Below, one piece after another: positions 22,620 through 33,276 of a stretch of DNA of 64,000 nucleotides; position 1 is the stretch's first letter; each line of letters opens with the position of its first letter. The position numbers and the translations under genes are program-made. Source of the stretch: Diplonema japonicum (lineage: Eukaryota > Protista > Euglenozoa: Diplonemea); assembly GCA_964019335.1 (NCBI GenBank), contig OZ025659.1, positions 372,001 through 436,000 on the forward strand, read 5' to 3'. Under the pieces are notes generated by a model, which saw nothing but the letters and a program-made list of their open reading frames with translations, had not been told where the DNA came from and did not search any database.

Positions 22620-24644
22620 ATGGCCTTCAAAGAGACACGATGCTTGAACAGAGCAGTCATCCAATCGGAACTAGACAAGACACATGAGCAGCAGAAGGCA
22701 TCCCTGCTGGTGCAAGAGGCGGTAAGGACAAAGCGGGTGATGAATAGATTACGATACTTAGAGCAGGTGAAGAGTAGTCTGTCGGAGAGGGAGAAGGAGG
22801 TGACACAGTACGAGCTGCAGAAGAGCATCGAAGACAAGGAGCGACAGCTAACTATGCATCGCAAACGAGAGTCACTCGAGCATCGGCAGAAAGTACAGTT
22901 AATTCAAGCTAAGACGTACCATAAACTGCTCGAAGAACAAAAGGCCCAGCAGTTCAGCGAGCAAGAGAGGGACATCATGCTGTCGGTACCATTCCACTCT
23001 CCCAAGACGGTGAGTGACGACAAGCATGTTATGAAAAAAGCAAGAAAGCAGCTTGAAAAGCGCAAGCGTGAAGAGGAACAGCGCCACCAAGCCTTCCTGC
23101 AGACACTAGACAGCGGGTACCACGCCAGGCTGGACATCTGCAACAGCAAACAAATCCGCAACCGGCGCCTTGAGTTTCTGCGAAGGGAGGAAGTCATACG
23201 AGAGAAGAGGAAGGAGCTAGAAGAGTACCAGCAGAGCTTGAAAAAAATCGACGAGAACTTCAAAGAAGACGTGGGCCTGCAGAGGAGACGGGATCAGCTA
23301 CGGGCTGAACAGGTTCAAGCAAAACTGAGTGACATGGAACTGCAACACAACCAAGTTGTTAAAGACATGAAGAAGGCGAAGATGGTGAAAAAGGAAATCG
23401 AGCGCATGAGTGAAAAGAAAAAGAGCGAGAACCACGAAGAAGGCGAAAGGAGAAGACAAATGGAAGAACTCAGGATGCAGAGGCAGAAGGAAGACCACAA
23501 GCAGCGCTCAGAGGCGGCGATGTTGAAGTCACAAACAATGAAAGCGGAACGTGAGGCGCACGAGGAAAAAATCTACGATGAGGCACATAAGAAACAACTG
23601 CATACAGCCGTGAAGCGCAACCTTGCGGAACAGGCGAAAGGTCTGCAGCAACTGTACGAGGTGCTCACTCGCAGATACACAGGCAAGAAAAACGCTCTAT
23701 TCAGAAAATCAAAAGAGAAAATGAACAAAGTAAAAGAAAACGATACCTGCAGCCCCACACGCTTCAGCAACAGCGAACAGGAGGACGAGGAGCTTCGAGA
23801 GCTGCGAAAACAGCAACGAGAAGAGGGCGTGTTGCGCAGAAAGAAGAAACTAGAGGGTGTAAAACTAACCAACATTAGCGAGGCGGCAAAGCTGAAAGCT
23901 GAAGCCGCAGAGTTGAAGGAAGCAGCACGGCAAGAGGACGAGCTGCGAGAAATGCGAGTACGCGAACTGGCCGAAAAGATAAAACGCAGGAAGGCAAAAA
24001 CCTGCACCCCTAGAAGCAGAACCCTCCTGAATATGACAGACTCATCACGCTCACATCCTGCACACATCCAACTTGCAAAGCACGACCGCCTAATGAAGCA
24101 ACAGATGGCAGTACAGGTCATGAAAGGTTCTCTGGAAGAGGGCAGAAAAGCAGCCTCTATGCGCCATCATGAGATCATACGCAAGCAGGCTGAGAACACG
24201 ACACAGCTCGACCTGCAGAGAGCAACACGCGACATGGAGATGCAAGACACAAGGAAGGCGAAGCAGAAGGAATGGGAGGAAAAGTCGGCAATCAGACAGA
24301 AGGAAGCTGTGAACAGAGAACTGTTCAGGAAAAAGACAAAAGAGAAAGCGGAGGCACAAGAACGGGCACTGACACAGGCGCTTCATACCCGAAGCATCTC
24401 AACCTCCTCACAAGAAGATAGACCCCGTGCATGGAGCAGAGAACCTTATTGCAAGATGCCATGGTGGAGCACTAAGACGAACAACAATAGATCGCCCTTC
24501 TTAATACCATTAGAGGACAGCAGTGACGACTCGTGCGCGTCTGAGGAGGCAAAGCCCGTCGACGTGGGGTGCAAGCTGCTGCGGAACGTCGAGCACGACC
24601 TCCGGCAGATGGACAAGCGGACGAAGAGACTGCTGGCAACGTGA
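22620..24644 (+). CDS. Charged coiled-coil protein (cytoskeletal/flagellar-like)
   Basis: E/K/R/Q-rich long ORF. ATG 22620 follows a CAG acceptor at ~22608; an in-frame upstream ATG at 22521 is possible. Confidence 0.7.
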   Translation: MAFKETRCLNRAVIQSELDKTHEQQKASLLVQEAVRTKRVMNRLRYLEQVKSSLSEREKEVTQYELQKSIEDKERQLTMHRKRESLEHRQKVQLIQAKTYHKLLEEQKAQQFSEQERDIMLSVPFHSPKTVSDDKHVMKKARKQLEKRKREEEQRHQAFLQTLDSGYHARLDICNSKQIRNRRLEFLRREEVIREKRKELEEYQQSLKKIDENFKEDVGLQRRRDQLRAEQVQAKLSDMELQHNQVVKDMKKAKMVKKEIERMSEKKKSENHEEGERRRQMEELRMQRQKEDHKQRSEAAMLKSQTMKAEREAHEEKIYDEAHKKQLHTAVKRNLAEQAKGLQQLYEVLTRRYTGKKNALFRKSKEKMNKVKENDTCSPTRFSNSEQEDEELRELRKQQREEGVLRRKKKLEGVKLTNISEAAKLKAEAAELKEAARQEDELREMRVRELAEKIKRRKAKTCTPRSRTLLNMTDSSRSHPAHIQLAKHDRLMKQQMAVQVMKGSLEEGRKAASMRHHEIIRKQAENTTQLDLQRATRDMEMQDTRKAKQKEWEEKSAIRQKEAVNRELFRKKTKEKAEAQERALTQALHTRSISTSSQEDRPRAWSREPYCKMPWWSTKTNNNRSPFLIPLEDSSDDSCASEEAKPVDVGCKLLRNVEHDLRQMDKRTKRLLAT

Positions 24645-24707
24645 CTTCCGTCACGCAGCCTTTCCTTTTATCTGTTAACCCCTCCCCTCCACATCAACCC
24701 TTCAGGC

Positions 24708-25739
24708 ATGCGTTTGACGCTATGCATCTCGCGGTATCATTTAATCTTGAACGAGCTGAAGGAGCTGGATGTGAAAAATGTACTGGACTGTGGGTGTGGT
24801 GATGGAACGGCAATGGAATACTGGTGTCAGGATGAGTATCTTGAACAGGTTGTGATGATCGACAGGGACAGAGCGGTTGTGGAAAACGCGAAAGAGAAGT
24901 GGGAGAAGGAACAAAGTGTCAGAGAGGCGAGAGCGTGGGACGTTACGGAGAAGGGTGGGAAGCGGTTCATGACGCAGCTCGACGTGGAGGGGTGGGTGGG
25001 GGACGTGGCGCAGTATGACGAAGCCTTCCACACAGTGCTGAAGACTCGCCGAGTGACGTGCGGTGTGCTGTGCGAAGTCATAGAGCACTCCCCGCTTGCA
25101 GATGCCACAGCCACCATCATCTCTCTATTCACGGCGTACGGCATGCAGCACCTCATCCTCACAACACCCAACAAGGAGTGCAATAGTCTGTACGGGCTAG
25201 CAGAAGGGGAGTACCGGCACACCGACCATCACTGGGAGTTCACCAGGAATGAGTTCCAGCAGTGGGTAGCCAGCATCGTCGAAAAGCTACCCTTTCAAAT
25301 GACAACGAAGTTCGTGTCATGCGGGGAACAGACTCCATGGGGCCAACCATCCCAAGGGGTTGTCATCAGCAGGGTGCGAGGCGATGACAACAGCCCGCGG
25401 GTCCAAGGTCAGCATGGAGTGGATTTTGAAAAGCTTTTGAACCTCACGATACCGCCCATCCCTGCTGCTGACTACGGGGTGCACCACATGGTGTGCTACC
25501 TGCAATCAAGGGAACCCAAGCCTGTTCCTTTGAAAGATGTTTTCTCACACACCCTGAACTTTCTCTCCTCTCTGCCCTGCCCCCCTACACCCCCCGCCAT
25601 CGACGCTCTGGATGCATGTGTCAGCAACCACCCCAATGTCGTGATCCACGATGGTGCAGTCACTCTGTCGCCTTGCTCCTGGTGCTCTGCAACACCCTGC
25701 ACATGTTGGCGAACCTCCTCTGATGCCCAGTCTTGGTAG
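24708..25739 (+). CDS. HEN1: Small RNA 3'-terminal 2'-O-methyltransferase
   Basis: SAM motif VLDCGCGDG, metal-binding EVIEH, TTPNKECN, YRHTDHHWEFTRNEFQQW and GQPSQ all match HEN1/HENMT1 signatures. Confidence 0.85.
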   Translation: MRLTLCISRYHLILNELKELDVKNVLDCGCGDGTAMEYWCQDEYLEQVVMIDRDRAVVENAKEKWEKEQSVREARAWDVTEKGGKRFMTQLDVEGWVGDVAQYDEAFHTVLKTRRVTCGVLCEVIEHSPLADATATIISLFTAYGMQHLILTTPNKECNSLYGLAEGEYRHTDHHWEFTRNEFQQWVASIVEKLPFQMTTKFVSCGEQTPWGQPSQGVVISRVRGDDNSPRVQGQHGVDFEKLLNLTIPPIPAADYGVHHMVCYLQSREPKPVPLKDVFSHTLNFLSSLPCPPTPPAIDALDACVSNHPNVVIHDGAVTLSPCSWCSATPCTCWRTSSDAQSW

Positions 25740-26038
25740 TTCTTGCACATTCGAGACCAAGGGAGGTTACCCTGGTCAGTGCCCTCGAGAGACAGTGCGA
25801 CGGGATGATGGCCGTCAAGGTCAAGCAAAGCATGTTTAAAGGCATCATTCGTTTTCCCGACTTTGTTTGTGCGCGCACAAATGCAGCGCCAAAAACTCCG
25901 GCTCCCTTTTTTATTCTCGTACCTATATTACCAATATTTTGTCTAGAAAGGACCCTCTATCATGGCCACGAGTATTTTTTTTCCCTCTTATCCTCCCTGT
26001 ATCGTAGCTAAAAAGGTAAACCCCGCCCATGCCTATGA

Positions 26039-26238
26039 NNNNNNNNNNNNNNNNNNNNNNNNNNNNNNNNNNNNNNNNNNNNNNNNNNNNNNNNNNNNNN
26101 NNNNNNNNNNNNNNNNNNNNNNNNNNNNNNNNNNNNNNNNNNNNNNNNNNNNNNNNNNNNNNNNNNNNNNNNNNNNNNNNNNNNNNNNNNNNNNNNNNNN
26201 NNNNNNNNNNNNNNNNNNNNNNNNNNNNNNNNNNNNNN
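26039..26238. other. Assembly gap (200 N)
   Basis: Run of N characters. Confidence 1.
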
Positions 26239-26584
26239 GAGGATGTATTTCTTTTTTTCTCTTTCGCCCTCAGGACAAGTCTTTGATTTGTCAAACAAAA
26301 AGGGAACGTTGGCTATGTGTTTACGGGTCGGGTTGTGAGATTCTCCAAGTTTTCTACCCGGGCATGTACAAGACCGCTAGTTCCTCTTATAATTACACGA
26401 TGTTTGTCTTTTTATTTCTTACAAAAATAATTTTTAAAAGTAGTTTTTTTGCCCTGTCTTCTGTCTTCCTGGGAAGAAACTCCGGGCTGGAAATGTGTGT
26501 CAAGTCACCGCCTTTTTGTATTTTTTTTTCTTTTTTTTTTTGTGCAACCAGTCAAAAAAAAAAAAAAAAAAAGGAAAAAAAAGG

Positions 26585-26617
<33 letters not shown>

Positions 26618-27603
26618 GATTTATTTTTTTTTCTCGCGTTGCCCTTACCGAAAAAATCTTTTTTATATTTCCTCAAAAAAGAAAAAAAAAAAAGAAAGTA
26701 TGTATGCAGCAGTGTTGCGCATTTAAAAAAAAAAAAAAAAAAAAAAAGATAAAGATAGTAGATATTCTTCTTTTCTTTTTGTTTTTTTTTTCTTCTTCTT
26801 CCTTGTTTGCTGTTGATTGCCTGAATCTTTTCTTGTTTACGTAATCACAGTCAGTGGCAATAATCGTTTGTAGTCTGACTTTCCTGTCGCAGTTTTCCTC
26901 TGTTTCGAGACGGAGGAAAAAAAAAAAAAAGAAAAAAAAAAAAAACATGTGTAACCCAGACTGGTTTCAGCTATGTATTGGTAGAATCCTTCCCCCCCCT
27001 TTTTTTTTTACTATTTTCTCTTTTTGTTTCTCCCCCCTTCACCTTCTTTTCACTCCTTGTCCCTCCTTTTCCCTAGATGATCACCTTGTTTCCTTCTAAG
27101 TGGCTTAATTATTAGGGAATGGGGAGGGGGGTCCGAAAGGGCTCATTTTCAGTTTTCCTCCCCTTGTCTATTTACCGTTATCTTACCCCTTCCCCCACGT
27201 CTTTCGGTATCCCAACACACCCTCTCTTTTTTTTTTCCCCCCCTCCTCCTTTTTTTTATTATTCTCCCCCTTTTTTTTATTTGATTCTCCTGAAGGGTCG
27301 GTAGTATAGGTTGAAAAAAGTAAATGGTACAAAAAAAAGGTGGGAGGGGGATGGTGGAGAGCAAGAAGCGTTTTTTAAAGGGAGAAGAAACAAGGTCTCT
27401 CTCCATTCACCCCCTCCCATCCCCCCTTTTTTTTTACTTTTTTTTTCACACTTCCCACAAAAAAAAATGAAACACCACCACCCCTCTTAAACACACCACC
27501 GTTTTTTATTATTCTTTTTATGCCCCCCTCCTTCTCCTTTTTTTTTTATAAGACCCGTTCAATTTAAAGAGGGAGAAAGAAAAAAAAAAAGAAAAAAAAA
27601 AAC

Positions 27604-29115
27604 ATGACCGGCATCGAAGCAGTCCCGTCGTTCACACGAGAAATATGGAATATTGTGAATACGGTATTTTTTTCTTTTTTTCCCCAAGCCCATTTACAGA
27701 ATCCGACCGAAATCTTCGAGTATCTAGCAACAGAGGTGAACAGCAACCCGATCCACGTCACCGTCGAAGTAATCTGTTTAATCTTCATAGCCTACATGTG
27801 GAGGATGAAACCGCACAAACCGACAGCCTTTCCTGACGGTGAGGAACCAACAGAAACGGAGAAGGCCGAAATGATATCGAACTGGAAAAGCGAGAAGCTC
27901 ACATACACCCCGGGTCTGTCCACAGATGTGACGCCCGAACAGAAAATCGTGACAAAAAACGAGGGCGAGTTCGTAGAGATCGAGGGTATCGACGGCAAGG
28001 TCCGCGACATGGCTACCTTCAACTATTTAAAAATGGCTCAAAACAAAAAAGTTGTTGAAAACTCCTTAACAGCGATTGACCACTATGGCGTGGGCTCTTG
28101 TGGGCCAAGGGGATTCTATGGCACAGTACAACCCCACCTTGTTCTCGAGGAACAATTGAAGGAAATCTACAACACACCAGAAGCAATCATTTACAGCTTT
28201 CAGTACTCAACTCTTGCGTCTATAATCCCAGCTTTCTCCGGACGTCAGGATATCATAGTTGCGGACGATGGTGTTAACATGGGTATTCTGAGCGGGATCG
28301 AGCTGTCAAGGTCGAAGGTTTTCTGGTACAAGCATAACAACATGAAATCTCTGGAGGATGCTCTGCAGAAAGCATCGAAACAGAAGGTCCTAACAAGAAG
28401 GTGGATTGTAACAGAGGGTGTGTTCAGAAATTACGGAGATATTGCACAGCTTGACAAAATCGTCGAGTTGAAGGAAAAGTATAAGTGGCGGGTTATGGTA
28501 GATGACTCGTTCGGGTGTGGGGTTCTTGGTAAGACAGGCCGTGGAACAGCGGAGCATTTTGGATTTGACACATTGACTTGTGATGTTTATGTTGGTTCGT
28601 TGGACACCAGTTTGGGTTCTGTTGGGGGGTTTTGTGTTGGTGCTAACATGATTGTGGACCATCAGCGGCTTTCATCAACTGGGTATTGTTTTAGCGCGTC
28701 TCTTCCGCCTTATGCCGCCGTGGCTGCCACCACTGCTTTTGAAACAATTCTTTCATCTCCATCAGTTCTTGAAGCGTTGAAGTGTAACACTGCTGCTGTT
28801 CGTGAAACACTGTCTCAGTCCGGTCTCACATTTACCAACACTGTTGCGTCGCCCGTTTTTCACATTAAATTCCCTGAATCTGAGAGGGCGGTGTTGTCGC
28901 GTTCTCGGCAGCAGGCGGTGCTCTCGCGGGCCGTCTCGGAGATTCTTCAGCAGCACAAGATCTCTGTTGTGTGTCCTGTGTACACTTTAGATGAAAGAAA
29001 TCCGCCTCCTCCCTCTGTTAGGATGACAAGCAGCTGTGCTGGAACCCCCCAGACTCATAGAGAAACCACTGCTAAGATTATCGAGGTTATCAAAAAGTTG
29101 ATGAGAGAGATTTGA
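27604..29115 (+). CDS. LCB1: Serine palmitoyltransferase subunit 1 (LCB1/SPTLC1)
   Basis: N-terminal TM; YGVGSCGPRGFYG; HQRLSSTGYCFSASLPP; GSLDTSLGSVGGF lacks the PLP lysine, as expected for LCB1. Probable in-frame 36-nt intron 27664-27699. Confidence 0.92.
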   Translation: MTGIEAVPSFTREIWNIVNTVFFSFFPQAHLQNPTEIFEYLATEVNSNPIHVTVEVICLIFIAYMWRMKPHKPTAFPDGEEPTETEKAEMISNWKSEKLTYTPGLSTDVTPEQKIVTKNEGEFVEIEGIDGKVRDMATFNYLKMAQNKKVVENSLTAIDHYGVGSCGPRGFYGTVQPHLVLEEQLKEIYNTPEAIIYSFQYSTLASIIPAFSGRQDIIVADDGVNMGILSGIELSRSKVFWYKHNNMKSLEDALQKASKQKVLTRRWIVTEGVFRNYGDIAQLDKIVELKEKYKWRVMVDDSFGCGVLGKTGRGTAEHFGFDTLTCDVYVGSLDTSLGSVGGFCVGANMIVDHQRLSSTGYCFSASLPPYAAVAATTAFETILSSPSVLEALKCNTAAVRETLSQSGLTFTNTVASPVFHIKFPESERAVLSRSRQQAVLSRAVSEILQQHKISVVCPVYTLDERNPPPPSVRMTSSCAGTPQTHRETTAKIIEVIKKLMREI

Positions 29116-29832
29116 GATTTTTTTTTTTTTTTTTCCCGTCATTTTTTTTTTTTTTGAATTTCTTTTTGCCAAAATAAAAAAAAAATAAAGTTTCTTTTTT
29201 TTTGGGGGGGGATTTTTTGTGGTGTTTTTTTTTTCTTCCATAGTCCCTTTTTTTTTTATACAAAAAATAAATGCTGTATTTGTAATATGGTAAGGGGAGG
29301 AGAAAAGAAAAAAAAACAAGAAAACATGTCCCTCCTTTTTTTTTCTCTCGCTCCCTCCTCCCTTTTTTTTGCATAAAAAGTGGGCTCAAAGACTTCTCCC
29401 CCCCCCCCCCCCCTCCGAGAAAATGAGGAACCAAAAAAAAAGAATACAAAAAAAGAAAACCATCACTTTTTTATACGCCTTTCCATATTTTCCCCATCCT
29501 TTGTTTCCCACTGTCGTTCTTTCCCCCCCCTTCTTTTTTTCCCCCCGTTACTATCCTGTGCTTTTTGTGGTACCCACAACCTATTATACACCACTTATAA
29601 ACCCAGGCTGGTTTCCTCTTTTTTTTACCGCCTCAGCCCACACTCAGTTTTCTTCTTTCCCCCTCCTTCTTCTATCCCCCTTTTTTGACTTTCCTTTGTT
29701 TTTTTTTTTTTTTTTTTTTTTTTTTTCTTTTTAGACATCTCCATCCCCACCCCCGTTTTTTCACTTAAAAAAAACACCCAATACAACCCATTTCAAGAGG
29801 GAAAAAAAAAATATTTAAAAAAAATATATATA

Positions 29833-31402
29833 ATGCACCAAGGAATGCCCCGGCTTGCAGGGCAGCAACAACAGAAGAGGCAAGGGAGCAGACCGCGGAA
29901 GCAAAGCGTACCGAGAAGCTCAAGCAGGGCGCGGAGTTTTTCAGGAAGCGGTGTCACAGTACCGACACCCATGAAAGACGAACGGGCGGAGATGATGCAA
30001 ATCAACGTGAGGCAGTACACGGAACTGGAGAACGATTTGAAAACATCAACACAAGCTGAGAAGGAGGCCCGGGAAGCTTTAGACGAACTCCGCAGTCATC
30101 TGGGCACAAAGGACGATGAACTGCGAAAGCTGAAGCTGCACGTCCTGCAGCTCAACGACTATATCGATTCTACCACCATCCAAGGCGAAGAGGAGAAGAA
30201 CAACCTACGCATCCAAATCGAAGCAGAAGCACGATCCTACCGCACAAGGAACACAAATATGAACACGCTCATCTCACAGCAACGACAAGACGCTCTCGCC
30301 GAACGCTCCCGTTACGACGACATCAAGAAGGACCTGGAAAGAATGACCGAGATAAAGGACAGCGCTCTTCAAGAACTAAGCCTCCTCCAGATCAAATGCA
30401 AGGATTACTCCCAGGAACTGAGCCTTGCAGAACGTGCCAACAACGACATGATATCACAAAAATCAAATTGGCACGAGAGCGAAAAATCATGGGTCGCACG
30501 AGTGGAACGCGCAGAGGGTTTGGTCATGGAAATGGGCCGGGACCTTACAACCACACAGAACGAAAACGGGGAGCTTCGCACCGAACTGGAAACCACTCAA
30601 ATAAGAGTAGAGGAGCTGCAATTGGAACTGTTACAAGCACAGCGTAAAGAGGGCGATTTCCGGTCTGCGCTCTCAGAGGCAGCGTATTCAACCCAACAAG
30701 TGGCAACGTTGAAACAAGAAAACGAAGAGCTCAGAACACGAGACGCGGAACACGTCGAGCTCATCAACGAGCTTCGCGTTGAGAAGCAGAAGATGATGAC
30801 ACACCTGCAGGCGGGGATCAGGGAGCGGCAGGCCATCATCGACTCCATCTCTGCGGGTGGCTCCTCTGCTGACATCCCACCTCAGATGAAGCTCAAAATA
30901 GTAGAAAACGAATCGTTAAAATCCGAACTAGCAGCTTTCGTGAGCAAAGCGGAAGAGGAGGCTGTTACATCACAAGAGTACATCAAGGTGCTAAAGGAGA
31001 AGGCGGGCACTGCAGAGGAACGTTCCAACACGGTATGTTTTGTTTTCCTTTTTTTTCTTCTTTGAGAAACACACCCCCAGTTGCGGAACGACACGCGGAG
31101 GCTTCGTGCGGAGCTGGAGCTCACAAAGCAGGAGATTACCGACGTGCACGCGGAGCGTTTCCGGGCGCAGGAGGTTCGCTCGGAGCTCGAGACCGCACTC
31201 AGAGATGTTGCCACTCTTCGCACCGAGCTTTACGCAGAGCGCCAGCGCCAAGAGGAAGCGTTCATTACTCGACTCGAGGCGGCCGGTATAAGTGTGTCAC
31301 AAGTGAGGTTTGTGAAAAAAAAAAAAAAAAAAAGAAAAGAAAAAGAAAAGAGAGAGAGAACGGGTGGTAAGTTAAATCCAACACCAACACAGCCCTCGCT
31401 GA
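29833..31402 (+). CDS. Long coiled-coil protein
   Basis: Exons 29833-31032, 31081-31307 and 31393-31402. Intron 31033-31080 is clear; 31308-31392 is less certain. Heptad-like E/L/R/Q composition. Confidence 0.7.
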
Positions 31403-31605
31403 TCGTATCGGAGCGAAGTGATGGAAAATGTTGTTTTCTTTTTTTTTTTTTTTTTTTTTTTTATATATTTTTTTGTGTGTTTAATTCCCACCTTCCCCGC
31501 CCTATTAGAGTTCAAAAAATTGTTCATGTAATTTCTTTTTTTTTTTGTATAAAAAGTATTCGAATATTTTTTCTTCTCTTCTTCCCCCCCCTTTTTTCAG
31601 GCACT

Positions 31606-32583
31606 ATGACCCACAAGGAAGGCATCGTGAAGCTATGGAATGTGAGCGCGGGGTGGGGGTTTGTGAGCTACAGTCAAGGGGATGAAACGATAGACTGCTA
31701 CGTGTTGGCGAAGTACATAAAGCACAAGAGGCTCATACCGGGGAAGCCGGTGAAATTCAAGATCGAACCCCTGGGACAGAACGGCCAGGCATGGGCAGTA
31801 GATGTAGAAGGAGAGGGCGTGGCTGACGAGGTAATTTGCAGGCACTTCCGGCTAGGCAACTGCAGGGAAGGAGCCGAGTGTAAACTAGTCCACAGCTCGC
31901 CTGGTGAAACCGACATCCCCCCACCACACCACGACTTATCAAGCCAATTGGACAAAAGCCTAGCCGGGATATCTGATATGAGCCCTAAAAATACAAAAAG
32001 TACCCCCACCCCAGCAATGCCTCCTTTGGAGGACTTCCCCGAGTCCGACATTGTCGAAGAAGCCGCCCCGCCCGTAATGCAAGGGCTGAACACAGGAATG
32101 CTGTGGCAGAGAAAGAAACCGGAAGAAGAAGAAAAAGAAGAGAAGAAACCCATAATGAGGGAGGAGACAATGCCTTCAGAACAACAGGACGAAGGACAGC
32201 AAGAGGAAGCACCGCCTAAGAAGGCAATGTATGATGACTTTGGGTCGGGCAGCGGGGGCAACAACAAGGGACAGCACTACAAAGGCGGCAAAAAGGGCTT
32301 CAAAGGAGGCTACGGGAAGGGAGACGGGAAGGGGGGTCACCAGCGCCGAAATGACGACTCGCTTCGAAACAGTTACATCCCAGGGACAAAGGGGAAGAAA
32401 GGCGGCGACAGTGGATACGGTGGGAAACACGGCGGGAAAAACTACTACAAAGGCGGCAAGCAGAACGAGAAGATCCGGCAATGGACAGACAGCGACGGGA
32501 CACGGCACTTCGACAAACCAAATGACGCCATCGTGAAGAGCGTCGATGCGACGGGACGCCTGTGTTTCGAGAAGAAAAACTAG
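31606..32583 (+). CDS. Cold-shock domain + CCCH zinc finger RNA-binding protein with KGG-rich tail
   Basis: GIVKLWNVSAGWGFV...AWAVDV (CSD); CRHFRLGNCREGAECKLVH (CCCH). ATG follows a polypyrimidine tract and CAG at 31600. Confidence 0.85.
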   Translation: MTHKEGIVKLWNVSAGWGFVSYSQGDETIDCYVLAKYIKHKRLIPGKPVKFKIEPLGQNGQAWAVDVEGEGVADEVICRHFRLGNCREGAECKLVHSSPGETDIPPPHHDLSSQLDKSLAGISDMSPKNTKSTPTPAMPPLEDFPESDIVEEAAPPVMQGLNTGMLWQRKKPEEEEKEEKKPIMREETMPSEQQDEGQQEEAPPKKAMYDDFGSGSGGNNKGQHYKGGKKGFKGGYGKGDGKGGHQRRNDDSLRNSYIPGTKGKKGGDSGYGGKHGGKNYYKGGKQNEKIRQWTDSDGTRHFDKPNDAIVKSVDATGRLCFEKKN

Positions 32584-32772
32584 AAAGAGGGGGAAAAAAA
32601 GAGAGACAATATATATTTTGCCCCCCCCCCACTTTTTTTGGCCCACCCCTCTTTTTTAAAAAGTGTGTTATTATTTCCTCCTCCCCTTTTTCTCTCCCCT
32701 CCCCTCGCCGATTCAAAAAAAAAAAAAAAAGCTACATTTACACACACTAAAAAAATAAAATAATAACTTAAC

Positions 32773-33006
32773 ATGGGTAAGCATGGTGACACCCTTCTAG
32801 TCCTTGGGAAGGATTGGTGCGGGCACACCCGCAACCAGCTCAGCGTTCTGCGTGATGCCGATGCAGAGTACGACTACCAGGATGCTAAGGGGGCTCCGAG
32901 AAGGTGGCACGTCACGCAGTACCCCACACTGCGATGCGGGGACAAGATGCACGTCGGGGAGATGAACGCACACGATGCAAAGCGCTTCTGCCCTGATGCT
33001 TTTTGA
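32773..33006 (+). CDS. Small (77 aa) glutaredoxin/thioredoxin-fold protein with WCGHT active site
   Basis: LVLGKDWCGHTRNQL...YPTL...HVG; GC-rich codon-like island between homopolymer spacers. Confidence 0.7.
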   Translation: MGKHGDTLLVLGKDWCGHTRNQLSVLRDADAEYDYQDAKGAPRRWHVTQYPTLRCGDKMHVGEMNAHDAKRFCPDAF

Positions 33007-33276
33007 AATAATATAAGCTATTTTTATTTCTTTTTTTATTTTTATTTTTCACGACACTCTGAAAATTACTTCACCTGACGGGGGGGTGGGGGGGGGGGGG
33101 GGGGGTGGGGGGTAACAAAGACACATCTAACAGTAACTTCAGCGGAACAATCTTTTTTTTTTTTTTTTAGACTGTCTATTTGCCCCTTCCCCCCCCATTT
33201 TTTTTTTTTTTTACCATCCCTTCCAACGGTATATATAAAAAAAAAAAGAGTGCTTCATTAAAAAAAAGAAATAAAA

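Noticed and set aside
25923-26618. ORFs spanning the N-run
   Set aside because: Gap artefacts; contiguity across the gap is unverified.
27604-29115. SxtA4-like AONS enzyme near the amidinotransferase
   Set aside because: Has LCB1 signatures, an N-terminal TM and no PLP lysine; housekeeping sphingolipid gene.
31081-32583. 500-aa ORF fusing coiled coil with the cold-shock protein
   Set aside because: The open frame crosses homopolymer spacer; separate acceptor and ATG at 31600-31606 indicate two genes.
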